The position numbers and the translations under genes are program-made. This document shows positions 53,609 to 64,000 of a stretch of 64,000 bases of DNA, in pieces (position 1 is the first letter of the stretch; every line of letters starts with the position of its first letter). This stretch comes from Eledone cirrhosa (lineage: Eukaryota): positions 3,472,001 through 3,536,000 of the forward strand of contig OZ024766.1 of NCBI GenBank assembly GCA_964016885.1, given 5' to 3'. The notes below the pieces were generated by a model. The model did no database searches, was not told the DNA's origin, and was given only the letters and a program-made list of their open reading frames with translations.

Positions 53609-54518
53609 TGGCCTCAGCCGAAATGGACTCAACAATTGACCTCCACGTGGGTCTGTCGTTCATTGCTGTTGCCAAGTGCTGGATTTCAACACCAGAATCT
53701 CTGGAGTTGACATCGGGATAGGAGAGCTTGTGGCCCCTGTTATTAGTGACTGCTTGTGGTTTCCAAAGCACTAATGGGGACACAGGGTCATAGGTGGCAT
53801 GAGGGCAGTGGCCAGTAAATCAGGATAGGAGAGCTTGTGGCCCCTGTTATTAGTGACTGCTTGTGGTTTCCAAAGCACTAATGGGGACACAGGGTCATAG
53901 GTGGCACGAGGGCAGTGGCCAGTAAATCGGGATAGGAGAGCTTGTGGCCCCTGTTATTAGTGACTGCTTGTGGTTTCCAAAGCACTAATGGGGACACAGC
54001 CTCAGAGGTGGCACGAGGGCAGTGGCCAGTAAATCAGGATAGGAGAGCTTGTGGCCCCTGTTATTAGTGACACATCTACACACAAATGTTTACATACACA
54101 TACACACACACCTACACACACACAGCTACACAAACACACACATAGCTACACAGACACACACCACATAGCTACACAGACACACACACACACACATACACAC
54201 CTACACACACACACCTACACAGAAACATACACGCACACACACACACACACACCTATGTACATAAATGTTCGTTATTTTCCAGACAAAGTTGGTGGATGCT
54301 CTACCGACTGGGTGAAAGCAGTCCTGGGCGTGAAATACGTGTATGCCATTGAACTACGACCAACCTTAAACACCGGGAGTTTTATACTACCGATCAGTGA
54401 AATCGAGCCTTCAGCCATGGAAATGCTGGCTGCCCTAAAGGCATTTGCTAACAGATTTGACCAAACAGTTTACTACTCGAGTGACCATTTCAAAAAATGC
54501 AAGCAGAAATTTCAGTAA
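32516..54518 (+). CDS. Secreted zinc metallocarboxypeptidase, M14A (carboxypeptidase A/B-like) preproenzyme, 442 aa; exons 32516-32613, 36072-36147, 36967-37103, 37784-37883, 39687-39785, 41497-41595, 44049-44159, 45817-45907, 49924-50120, 51813-51897, 54283-54518
   Basis: Exons sum to 1329 nt in one frame. Signal peptide, activation peptide (YQLLQV.P, FWKPP, NIQRLIEEE), GKSYEDR, GVHAREW (Zn His69/Glu72), [32 protein letters not shown] (His196), Tyr248, YAIELRP (Glu270). Confidence 0.95.
32683..33850 (-). mobile_element. RTE-like LINE fragment (RT domain, degraded) in carboxypeptidase intron 1
   Basis: GVLQGDTLA..LF, VEDFLYLG, GSETW; catalytic xADD eroded; internal triplication of LAGHAHRHPELTLHSVLLWEPLHG. 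Confidence 0.9.
34750..35578. repeat. 48-bp SINE-derived minisatellite (about 17 copies)
   Basis: Unit AGTCCACACTGTAATGTGGTAGTGTAGGTAACACGGTAAAAACCTCCC, followed by the SINE tail. Confidence 0.95.
36072..36147 (+). CDS. Carboxypeptidase exon 2 (propeptide)
   Basis: NYQLLQVVPETDKQLDTLRKFHHDRD. Confidence 0.88.
36165..36790. repeat. 48-bp SINE-derived minisatellite (about 13 copies)
   Basis: Same unit type as 19893-20913. Confidence 0.93.
36967..37103 (+). CDS. Carboxypeptidase exon 3 (propeptide)
   Basis: VVFWKPPTDVNHAATFIVAPDKVQEVRESLSPDKASVKLLHANIQ. Confidence 0.9.
37784..37883 (+). CDS. Carboxypeptidase exon 4 (propeptide/mature junction)
   Basis: RLIEEEKESNTRRGSFASSAEPRTNLNRYLSLHE. Confidence 0.88.
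38767..39617. repeat. 36-bp palindromic minisatellite (about 24 copies)
   Basis: Unit ATGAACTGTTGGAAACGAGTTCATA(A/G)CTTTGAAGTT. Confidence 0.96.
39687..39785 (+). CDS. Carboxypeptidase exon 5
   Basis: YFEFMKDINSSYPNMEVVTYGKSYEDRDLMAVK. Confidence 0.92.
40363..41348 (+). mobile_element. L1/Tx1-clade LINE 3' fragment (zf-RVT region); shorter copy at 39926-40310
   Basis: LPVRERL..C..EETVAHALVHC motif with a stop and a frameshift; 3' UTR ending GGCAAATAAAAG. Confidence 0.72.
41497..41595 (+). CDS. Carboxypeptidase exon 6 (HxxE zinc motif)
   Basis: VYKDYCNPTIFIEAGVHAREWIGIAVSLKIIKY. Confidence 0.95.
41920..42448. repeat. 48-bp SINE-derived minisatellite (about 11 copies)
   Basis: Reverse complement of the 34750 unit type. 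Confidence 0.93.
42546..42954. mobile_element. piggyBac-type MITE, same family, unexpanded, with nested SINE
   Basis: TTAA|CCCTTTAGCACTTA ... TAAACGCTAAAAGG|TTAA. Confidence 0.75.
42580..42766 (+). mobile_element. tRNA-derived SINE with a Meta-like central domain, inserted in a MITE (related copies at 1-232, 10085-10255, 14188-14690, 16295-16460, 52625-52975 -, 62650-62850)
   Basis: GAGTTCAAATCCC B box, CTTTGCCTTTCATCCT..GGGGTCGATAAA..AGTACC domain; 19-bp target site duplication ATTACTCTCTATATATATA at 42561 and 42767. Confidence 0.82.
43090..43882 (-). repeat. 101-bp tandem repeat (about 8 copies) derived from LINE RT sequence
   Basis: CCCTGTCTTCC at 43091, 43192, 43293 etc.; - strand reads VEGVLLKQVEKFKYL. 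Confidence 0.88.
44049..44159 (+). CDS. Carboxypeptidase exon 7
   Basis: MAENSSQDPELAKILDRYNWVIAPLVNPDGYEYAYKK. Confidence 0.95.
45083..45153 (-). ncRNA. Minimal hammerhead ribozyme (family C)
   Basis: Left arm of inverted repeat at about 45047-45478; intact core on - strand. Confidence 0.72.
45371..45441 (+). ncRNA. Minimal hammerhead ribozyme (family C)
   Basis: TATTTTAT-CTGATGA(45379-85)-long stem II-GAAA-TGCGCA-TA-ATAAAATA. Confidence 0.75.
45817..45907 (+). CDS. Carboxypeptidase exon 8
   Basis: [30 protein letters not shown]. Confidence 0.95.
45968..46651. repeat. 34-bp minisatellite (about 20 copies; resumes at 49465-49833)
   Basis: Unit GTGGCCATGCTGGGGCACCACCAGTCACTAGGCT. Confidence 0.95.
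46815..49464. repeat. CpG-rich 11-bp satellite with higher-order structure, grading into a 10-bp satellite
   Basis: GACGGAAAAT(A/C) units; marker GGGAACTAAACAG at 47253, 47625, 48008, 48392, 48764; TA(C/G)CCGGAAA units after about 49030. Confidence 0.93.
49924..50120 (+). CDS. Carboxypeptidase exon 9 (third zinc ligand)
   Basis: GDSSRDPCRETYCGSEPLSEPETRSL...ISLHSFSQMIMTPYSY...DDYREL. Confidence 0.95.
50205..51600. repeat. 72-bp minisatellite (about 19 copies) from the same MITE; left TIR only
   Basis: TTAACCCTTTAGCATTTAC at 50201, then the same unit as 13265-13983. Confidence 0.93.
51813..51897 (+). CDS. Carboxypeptidase exon 10
   Basis: LEVAKDVQRVIKNLTGFYYQVGRTANIM(Y). Confidence 0.9.
52084..52136 (-). 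ncRNA. Minimal hammerhead ribozyme (family B), inverted copy
   Basis: Reverse complement of the 9532-9584 motif. Confidence 0.78.
52300..52352 (+). ncRNA. Minimal hammerhead ribozyme (family B)
   Basis: CTGC-CTGAAGA(52304-10)...GAAA-TATATA-TA-GCAG; in the right arm of inverted repeat 52033-52404. Confidence 0.78.
53601..54071 (-). mobile_element. RTE-like 3' end with a 107-bp tandem triplication and (GAT)n tail
   Basis: PLVLWKP..LSYPD..AMNDRPTWRSIV; GGATAGGAGAGC at 53716, 53823, 53930, 54037. Confidence 0.75.
54283..54518 (+). CDS. Carboxypeptidase exon 11 (catalytic Glu270, stop)
   Basis: YKVGGCSTDWVKAVLGVKYVYAIELRP...FILPISEIEP...KFQ-TAA. Confidence 0.95.
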
Positions 54519-54534
54519 AAAAATATATGCTATA

Positions 54535-55300
54535 GTCTTATACACGAGTTTTATACGCACCAGTGTCTCTTATACACGAGTTTTATATACATCAGTGTGT
54601 CTTATACACAATTGTTTTAGACACACCAGTGTGTCTTATACACAATTGTTTTATACACACCAGTGTGTCTTATACACAATTGTTTTATACACACCAGTGT
54701 GTCTTATACACAATTGTTTTATACACACCAGTGTGACTTATACACAATTGTTTTATAAATACCAGTGTGTCTTATACAAAGCTTCTATATAAAAGAATAT
54801 ACACCAGTGGGTCTTATACACAATTGTTTTATATACACCAGTGTGTCTTATACAAAACTAATTCCAAATAAAAGAATATACACCAGTGGGTCTTATGCAC
54901 AATTGTTTTATTGTCTTATACAAAACTAATTCTATATAAAAGAATATACACCAATGTTTCTTATACACAATTGCTTTATATACACCAATGTGTCTTATAC
55001 ACAAGAGTTTTACATACACCAGTGTGTCTTATACACAAGAGTTTTATATACACCAGTGTGTCTTATACACGAGTTTTATACACACCAGTGTGTCTTATAC
55101 AAAGCTTCTATATAAAAGAATATACACCAGTGTGTCTTATGCAAAACTACTTCTATATAAAAGAATATACACCAGTGGGTCTTATACACAATTGCTTTAT
55201 ATACACCAGTGTGTCTTATACACAAGAGTTTTACATACACCAGTGTGTTTTATACACAAGAGTTTTACATACACCAGTGTCTTATACATACACCAGTGTT
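54535..55300. repeat. Degenerate minisatellite (unit about 30 bp) starting just after the carboxypeptidase stop codon
   Basis: Recurrent CACCAGTGTGTCTTATACAC. Confidence 0.88.
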
Positions 55301-55829
55301 CTATGTATTTGGAACATAACTTAACGAATGTTCTTACATAGAATTATGATGGAAGATTTTTAGATAAATATAAACAGTTTAAGATGGTGTTTGGAACATA
55401 ACTTAACAAAGGTTCTTACATAAAATTATGATGGAAGATTTTTAGATAAATATAAACAGTTTAAGATGGTGTTTGGAACATAACTTAACAGAGGTTCTTA
55501 CATAGAATTATGATGGAAGGTTTTTAGATGAATATAAACAATTAAAAACAAACATTTTGGTATCATAGAACCAGGGGTGTTTGGAACATAACTTAACGAA
55601 TGTTCTTACATAAAATTACGATGGAAGGTTTTTAGATAAATATAAACACTTTAAAACGAACAGTTTCTCTTCATATGTTGTAGACAAAGGAGTGATTGGC
55701 ACGGGTGGGTTGTGTCACACACGTGTGGGTTAAATGATAGAGTTACCTCCCTTTCCTACATCAATTTGTAAGCAAAAACGAGAAGAAAAAAACACCAATC
55801 ATTCCAAGTTATCTCCCCTTGAAAATGTC

Positions 55830-56463
55830 GCTCTTTTTCCCTCTCTGTCTCTTTCTTTTTCGTTTTGTTTCTTTTACTTTCACTCTTTCGTTTACCCTCT
55901 TTTTTACTTTCTCTCTCTTTTCTTTCCCCTTTCTGTTTTCTTTCTATCTTTCGTCCTTTTTTCTTTCTTTCTCTCTCGCTCTATCTTTTTTCTTTCTTTT
56001 CTTATTCTTTGCTTGTTCCTTTTTTTTTACTTGTCTTTTTCTTTTTTCCTCTTTTTCCTCCTCTTTCTCATTTTAAATATTTCTTTCTACCTCATCTTTT
56101 CCTTTCTTTCTTTATCTGTTTTTCTCTCCTTCCCACTCTCTCTTCTCCACCTTCTCTCTCTCTCTCTACGTCTTTTTCTTCTCACTCTCTTCTCCACCTT
56201 CTCTCTCTCTCTCCATCTCTTTCTTCCCACCCTCTCTCTCTTTTATCAACCCTCTCTCTCTCTACGTCTTTTCCTTCCCACTCTCTCTTCTTCACCTTCT
56301 CTCTCTCTCTCTCTCTCTCTCTACGTCTTTTCCTTCCCACTCTCTCTTCTTCACCTTCTCTCTCTCTCTCTCTCCATCTCTTTCCTCCCACCCTCTCTCT
56401 CTTTTATCAACCCTCTCTCTCTCTCTCCATCTCTTTCCTCCCACCCTCTCTCCCTTTTCTTAA

Positions 56464-56495
<32 letters not shown>

Positions 56496-57950
56496 CTATC
56501 TCTCTCTCTACGTCTTTTCCCTCCCACTCTCTCTTCTCCACCTTCTCTCTCTTTCTCCATCTCTTTCTTCCCACCCTCCCTATCTTTTATCAACCCTCTC
56601 TCTCTCTACGTCTTTTTTTCGTTTTCTTCCCACTCTCTCTTCTTCAACTTCTCTCTCTCTCTCTCCATCTCTTTCTTCCCACCCTCTCTCTCTTTTATCA
56701 ACCCTCTCTCTCTCTCTACGTCTTTTCCTTCCCACTCTCTCTTCTTCAACTTCTCTCTCTCTCTCTCTCCATCTCTTTCTTCCCACCCTCACTCTCTTTT
56801 ATCAACCCTCTCTCTCTCTACGTCTTTTTCTTCTTCTTCCCACTCTCTCTTCTTCACCTTCTCTGTCTCTCCATCTCTTTCTTCCCACTCTCTCTTTTAT
56901 CAACCCTCTCTCTCTACGTCTTTTTTTCGTTTTCTTCCCACTCTCTCTTCTCCACCTTCTCTCTCTCTCTCTCTCCATCTCTTTCTTCCCACCCTCTCTC
57001 TCTACGTCTTTTCCTTCCCACTCTCTCTTCTTCAACTTCTCTCTCTCTCTCCCTCCATCTCTTTCTTCCCACCCTCTCTCTCTTTTATCAACCCTCTCTC
57101 TTTCTCTACGTCTTTTCCTTCCCACTCTCTCTTCTTCACCTTCTCTCTCTCTCTCTCTCCATCTCTTTCTTCCCACCCTCTCTCTCTTTTATCAACCCCC
57201 TCTCTCTCTCTACGTCTTTTCCTTCCCACTCTCTCTTCTTCAACTTCTCTCTCTCTCCCTCCATCTCTTTCTTCCCACCCTCTCTCTTTGTCTACGTCTT
57301 TTCCTTCCCACTCTCTCTTCTTCAACTTCTCTCTCTCTCTCTCCATCTCTTTCTTCCCACCTTCTCTCTCTTTTATCAACCCTCTCTCTTTCTCTACGTC
57401 TTTTCCTTCCCACTCTCTCTTCTTCACCTTCTCTCTCTCTCTCTCTCCATCTCTTTCTTCCCACCCTCTCTCTCTTTTATCAACCCTCTCTCTCTCTCTA
57501 CGTCTTTTCCTTCCCACTCTCTCTTCTTCAACTTCTCTCTCTCTCTCTCCATCTCTTTCTTCCCACCCTCTCTCTCTTTTATCAACCCTCTCTCTCTCTC
57601 TCTCTACGTCTTTTCCTTCTTCTTCCCACTCTCTCTTCTTCACCCTCTCTCTCTCTCCATCTCTTTCTTCCCACTCTCTCTTTTATCAACTCTTTCTCTC
57701 TCTACGTCTTTTCCTTCCCACTCTCTCTTCTTCAACTTCTCTCTCTGTGTCTCTCCATCTCTTTCTTCCCACCCTCTCTCTCTTTTCTCTCTCCGTCTCT
57801 TTCTTCCCCTCTCTATCCCCCCCCCTCCCACCCACCTTTTCGCCCACTCTCTTTCCTCGAATTCTTTCTCACCCCCCCCCCCACACACACACACACTCAC
57901 CGCTATCTCTTCTCTTCTTTTCTCTCTATCTCCCCTCCCCTCCCCCACAC
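55830..57950. repeat. 2-kb polypyrimidine (CT-rich) compound minisatellite
   Basis: Visible directly; recurrent CTACGTCTTTTCCTTCCCACTC and TTTTATCAACCC. Confidence 0.92.
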
Positions 57951-57989
57951 AATTCTCACCAACAGTTATCTGCCCCTGACAGTGTAACT

Positions 57990-58155
57990 CTCTACAGTTG
58001 CGCCTCATATGGCGGTAACGACTTCGTCCGACTGAAAAAAATAATGAAGGAATTTCTGCCGTTTTTTTTTTCCCCCCTCTTCTGCGATTTTTTTTTTTTT
58101 TTCACCAGAATTTCCCTGGAATCATCGACGGACACAAGGGAGGACATTGAGGTCA
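57990..58155 (+). promoter_or_regulatory. Candidate promoter or 5' UTR exon for the USP24-like gene
   Basis: CpG-containing unique island between low-complexity tracts, with a YY1-like ATGGCGG at about 58009; inference only. Confidence 0.3.
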
Positions 58156-58771
58156 TATAATTAGGGCCGATCGCCATCTCACTGACCACTTTTACAGGAG
58201 CTAAGCGTGCTGAGGGTGTTATACACTTCCCCTGTAAGGTCATCGTTGCCTTCTTGAGCAAGACACTTCACTACACATTGCATTGCTGATGACAACACAG
58301 CACACCCCTACCGTTAAAACACCCGGAAAAATATCACCAAAATTTATAAATATATATATATATAATATATATATATACACACATACATACATACACACAT
58401 ATATGTATCCATATCCATATATACATACGTGATATATATACACACATAATATAAACACGATATATACAACAGGAAAACACCTACATATACATACATACAT
58501 ACATACATACATACACACATATATATATATATATTGACAGACACATGTATATATGATATATACATACATGCCATATATATATATACACACTTATATGTAT
58601 TCTCACACGATATAACTCGATAAAACAACACCTATACTATATATATATATATAGTATATATATATATATAGTATATATATATATATATATATAATATATA
58701 TACAGGTAGGCCATGAGCCATAATCATTAATACACCCGGAAACAGCACCACAAGTTTTATACACATACATT

Positions 58772-58808
<37 letters not shown>

Positions 58809-58883
58809 CACATTATATATACACATGGTATGACTCTGAATCGTACGCGATCAGTTAATCTCAGTAGATGTGAACTATAACCC

Positions 58884-58914
<31 letters not shown>

Positions 58915-59065
58915 CATTATATATACATATGGTGCATACATACCGATCATATATATACACACCTGAGCGGACAGGTGCCCTAGCATTAAATAACTCACCC
59001 AAGGCAGATTTTTTAAAATGTAACCTCACAGGAAACCAGCTAAACCTACATAGGTGTGAGCTGTA

Positions 59066-59096
<31 letters not shown>

Positions 59097-59111
59097 CACC
59101 CGTATATACAT

Positions 59112-59144
<33 letters not shown>

Positions 59145-59193
59145 CCCGTATATATATACACACGCACACATATATATATATACACCCGTATAT

Positions 59194-59232
<39 letters not shown>

Positions 59233-59247
59233 CACCCGTATATACAT

Positions 59248-59278
<31 letters not shown>

Positions 59279-59329
59279 CACCCGTATATATATACACACG
59301 CACACATATATATATATACACCCGTATAT

Positions 59330-59368
<39 letters not shown>

Positions 59369-59383
59369 CACCCGTATATACAT

Positions 59384-59414
<31 letters not shown>

Positions 59415-59465
59415 CACCCGTATATATATACACACGCACACATATATATATATACACCCGTATAT

Positions 59466-59525
<60 letters not shown>

Positions 59526-59586
59526 ACACACATACCCATATATATATATATATATAAACACCTATATATATACCTACACACATACC

Positions 59587-59619
<33 letters not shown>

Positions 59620-59650
59620 CTATATATATATATATATATACACACATACC

Positions 59651-59685
<35 letters not shown>

Positions 59686-59736
59686 CTATATATATATATA
59701 TACACACATACCTATATATATATATATACACACACC

Positions 59737-59767
<31 letters not shown>

Positions 59768-59790
59768 CTATATATATATATATACACACA

Positions 59791-59831
<41 letters not shown>

Positions 59832-60857
59832 ACACACACACCCACATATATATATATATACACACACAAGGTTCCCACACAGGTATATATATTTATACAC
59901 ACACGTATGTATATTTTTTTCTTTCCTATGCGTATAAAAAAATAATGTATATGAAGAAATATTGAGTTTCTTGAGAAATTGCGATTTGTTTTATACACAC
60001 ATATATATATATATATATCTGTCTATATATATATATCTAGTATATATATCTGTCTATATACATACATTTACATCTAGTATCTCTCTCTCTATATATATAC
60101 ACACATGTAATCTAGTATATATATATATATATATATATAGACACATGTGCAGCTAGTATATATCTATATACACATGTACGCCTAATATATATATATATAC
60201 ACACACATGTACGCCTAATATATATATATATACACACACATGTACGCCTAATATATATATATATATATACACACATGTACGCCTAATATATATATATATA
60301 TATACATACATGTACGCCTAATATCTCTCTATATATATGTATATATCTGCCTATATACACACATGTACGCCTAATATCTGCATATATACACACAAGTACG
60401 CCTAATACATACATATGTATGTATATATCCGCCTATATACAAACATGTACGCCTAATATATATATATATCTACCTATGTATGTATATATCCGCCTATATA
60501 CACACATGTACGCCTAGTATCTATCTATATACACACATGTACGCCTAATAGATATATATATATATATATACACACATGTACGCCTAGTATCAACCTATGT
60601 ATGTATATATCCGCCTATATACACACATGTACGCCTAGTATCTGCCTATATACACACATGTACGCCTAGTATCTACCTATGTATGTATATATCCGCCTAT
60701 ATACACACATGTACGCCTAATATCTGCCTATATACACACATGTACGCCTAGTATCAACCTATATACACACATGTACGCCTAGTATCAACCTATGTATGTA
60801 TACATCCGCCTATATACACACATGTACGTCTGCGGTATATAAAAAAAAGGGGCCGAG

Positions 60858-61238
60858 ATGGATGTAAGTGAGGACCACGTGCAGACCTTGTTGAATATGG
60901 GTTTCCCCAGCGAGGCCGACGTGCGCCATGCCCTCCTCTTCAGCAAGAACGACCTGAACGACGCCGTGGCCTACCTGACGGACGACCACCACCACCACTC
61001 CACCGCCCTCGTGCCCGCCACCACCACGCCGGGCAGCTCCACCTACGACCACATAGTCGACCTGCACCACCAACAGCAGCTGAGGACCTCGTCTCCCTCG
61101 CCGGAGTCGACCCTGAGGGTGAGGACGGGACCCGATTCGCAGCAGCAGCAGCAGTTGCTGCCTCACCAGAATCGCCTGTCTGCCCTGGACTTCTTTAAAG
61201 GGCCCCCGTCGTCGGAGGAGGACATCGGAGGAGTTGAG
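60858..61238 (+). CDS. USP24: First coding exon of a USP24-like ubiquitin carboxyl-terminal hydrolase (N-terminal UBA domain); gene continues beyond the window
   Basis: MDVSEDHVQTLLNMGFPSEADVRHALLFSKNDLNDAVAYLT closely resembles, from memory, the USP24 N-terminal UBA (MGF loop, KND.N.AV..LT); GC-rich codons; GTAGGT donor at 61239. Confidence 0.8.
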
Positions 61239-62879
61239 GTAGGTACATCGCCGCCGTCGTCGCCGTCGTCGTCGTGATCGTCCTAATCTCCACCACCACC
61301 ACCACCGCTACCGCTACCATTATCACCACCACCACCGCTACCATCCCCACCACCACTACCATCCCCACCACCGCTACCATCCCCATCACCACTACCATCC
61401 CCACCACCACTACTATCACCACCGCTACCATCCCCACCACCACTATCACCACCACCGCTACCATTATCACCACTACCATCCCCACCACCACCACCACCAC
61501 TGCTACCATTATCACCACTACCATCCCCACCACCACTACTACCACCACCATCACAACCACTACCATTATCACCACTACCATCCCCACCACCACTACTACC
61601 ACCACCATCACCACCACTACTACCACCACTACCATTATCACCACTACCATCCCCACCACCACTACTACCACCACCATCACCACCACTACTACCACCACTA
61701 CCATTATCACCACTACCATCCCCACCACCACTACTACCACCACCATCACCACCACTACTACCACCACTACCATTATCACCACTACCATCCCCACCACCAC
61801 TACTACCACCACCATCACCACCACTACTACCACCATTACCATTATCACCACTACCATCCCCACCATCACCGCCGCTACCATTATCACCACTACCATCCCC
61901 ACCACCACCACCGCTACCATTATCACCACTACCATCCCCACCACTACCACCACCACCACCATTACCATTATCACCACTACCATCCCCACCACCGCTACCA
62001 TTATCACCACTACCATCCCCACCACCATCCCTGCCACTACCATTATCAATGTCACCACCTCCACTACCACCATCATACCCACCACCACCATCCCCACCAA
62101 TACTACCACCACCACTATCATTGTCATTACCACCATCATACCCCTCCCCCCACTACCCCCCATTACTACCATCATCCTGGCAATCACCACCACCACCACC
62201 ACCACCCCAGCCAAGTCCCCACCACTACAATCATCACCATAACCACAACATCTCCACCATCACATTCACCCACGCCATCACCACTACGACAATCATCACC
62301 CCCTCACCCCCTCTCTCTCTCTCCTCAGCCCCCACCTATCATCACCACCATCACCCCCACCATCACCACTACAACAATCATTATCAGCTCCCCCATCACC
62401 CCATCCCCACCATCACCCCCACCACCATAATCGCCCCACCACCATAATCGCCCCAAACCATCACCCCCATCACCCCCACCACCATCATATTACTAATAGC
62501 TATTGCATTACTGAGCACGGTTGTGTGTTCCCTGGCCAGGTGCAGTGCAGTGTCTCTGTGTTACCTTTGTGTGTAAATCTCCACTTAGCACCTCTACTGT
62601 ATCGTCCGTTATATTTTTGACCCTGGGGTCAATAAAGTTAACATTATGTGGATTGGACAGTATCGGTAGAGGGTCGGACGCCATGGTGTGCAGCACAGAG
62701 TTGCGGCCCTTTACGGTCTGAGTTCAAGTGTCCCCGGGGTTAACTTGGCCTTTCCCCTAAAATGGTTGGCCTTGTGTCTAATTCAGAAACCTTTATTGAG
62801 GGGTCGATAGAATAAAGTACCAGTAATGCACTGGGGTTTGATTTAATCGGCTTTCTCCTTCCCAAAGTGCTTTTTTTGC

Positions 62880-64000
62880 AGCCCTCAACGAAGGACTCCT
62901 GTCCCTCTCTCTCTTCAGCCCTCAACGAATAACCCCTCTCTCTATTTTCATGGTATTTCATCCTCTCTATTCAGCCCTCAACAAAGGACATATCTCTCTT
63001 CAGTCCTCAACGAAGGACACCTGTCTCTCCCTCTTCAGCCCTCAACAAAGGACCCCTCTCTATTCAGACCTCAACGAAGTACTCCTTTCTCTTCAGCCCT
63101 CAATGAAGGACTCCTCTCTCTATTTTCATGTTATTTCATCTTCCCTCTCTCTCTTCAGCCCTCAATAAAGGACTTCTGTCCCTCTTCAGCCCTCAACGAA
63201 GTACTCCTCTCTCTATTTTCATGTCATTTCATCCTCCAAATCTCTCTCTCTTCAGCCCTCAACGAAGTACTCCTCTCTCTATTTTCATGTCATTTCATCC
63301 TCCAAATCTCTCTCTCTTCAGCCCTCAACGAAGTACTCCTCTCTTCAGCCCTCAACGAAGGACTCCCCTCTCTTCAGCCCTCAACGAAGTACTCCTCTCT
63401 CTATTTTCATGTCATTTCATCCTCCAAATCTCTCTCTCTTCAGCCCTCAACGAAGTACTCCTCTCTCTATTTTCATGTCATTTCATCCTCCAAATCTCTC
63501 TCTCTTCAGCCCTCAACGAAGTACTCCTCTCTTCAGCCCTCAACGAAGTACTCCTCTCTTCAGCCCTCAACGAAGTACTCCTCTCTCTATTTTCATGTCA
63601 TTTCATCCTCCAAATCTCTCTCTCTTCAGCCCTCAACGAAGGACTGCTCTCTTCAGCCCTCAACGAAGTACTCCTCTCTCTATTTTCATGTCATTTCATC
63701 CTCCAAATCTCTCTCTCTTCAGCCCTCAACGAAGTACTCCTCTCTCTATTTTCATGTCATTTCATCCTCTCCATCTCTCTCGTCAGCCCTCAACGAAGTA
63801 CTCCTCTCTCTATTTTCATGTCATTTCATCCTCCAAATCTCTCTCTCTTCAGCCCTCAACGAAGTACTCCTCTCTCTATTTTCATGTCATTTCATCCTCC
63901 AAATCTCTCTCTCGTCAGCCCTCAACGAAGTACTCCTCTCTCTATTTTCATGTCATTTCATCCTCCAAATCTCTCTCTCTTCAGCCCTCAACGAAGTACT
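62880..64000. repeat. Compound minisatellite running off the window end
   Basis: Recurrent TCTTCAGCCCTCAACGAAGTACTCC and TATTTTCATGTCATTTCATCCTCC modules. Confidence 0.92.

Noticed and set aside
54561-54580. TGTCTCTTATACAC resembling the Tn5/Nextera mosaic end
   Set aside because: Only a 14-nt match and a variant of the surrounding CAGTGTGTCTTATACAC minisatellite
55734-58160. 808-aa and 704-aa S/L/F-rich ORFs
   Set aside because: CT-rich repeat lacks stop codons in several frames; no domain signal
62880-64000. CTGAAGA...GAAA on the - strand of the terminal minisatellite as a hammerhead array
   Set aside because: Intervening purine-rich sequence cannot form stem II; no stem I or III

Overview
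Repeat-dense eukaryotic (animal) genomic DNA. The microsatellite load and SINE content suggest a coleoid cephalopod such as Octopus; this is inference only. Most long ORFs in the track are microsatellite or minisatellite artefacts. Three spliced + strand genes can be rebuilt by hand from GT-AG boundaries with consistent phases: (1) the 3' part of a chitin synthase with two tandem SAM domains (8 exons, 5263-17474; catalytic part lies upstream of the window); (2) a complete 11-exon, 442-aa secreted M14A zinc metallocarboxypeptidase (32516-54518); (3) the first coding exon (UBA domain) of a USP24-like deubiquitinase (60858-61238). The most striking non-coding signal is a 311-bp tandem array (540-4408) in which every full unit carries a type I hammerhead ribozyme, i.e. 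a non-LTR retrozyme-like locus. The array flips orientation at about 1870, making a ~1.25-kb-arm palindrome inside a chitin synthase intron. At least four further minimal-hammerhead repeat families (Penelope-like) are dispersed through the window. Also present are RTE and L1/Tx1 LINE fragments, two SINE families, piggyBac-type MITEs, a Helitron-like element and many TE-derived minisatellites.
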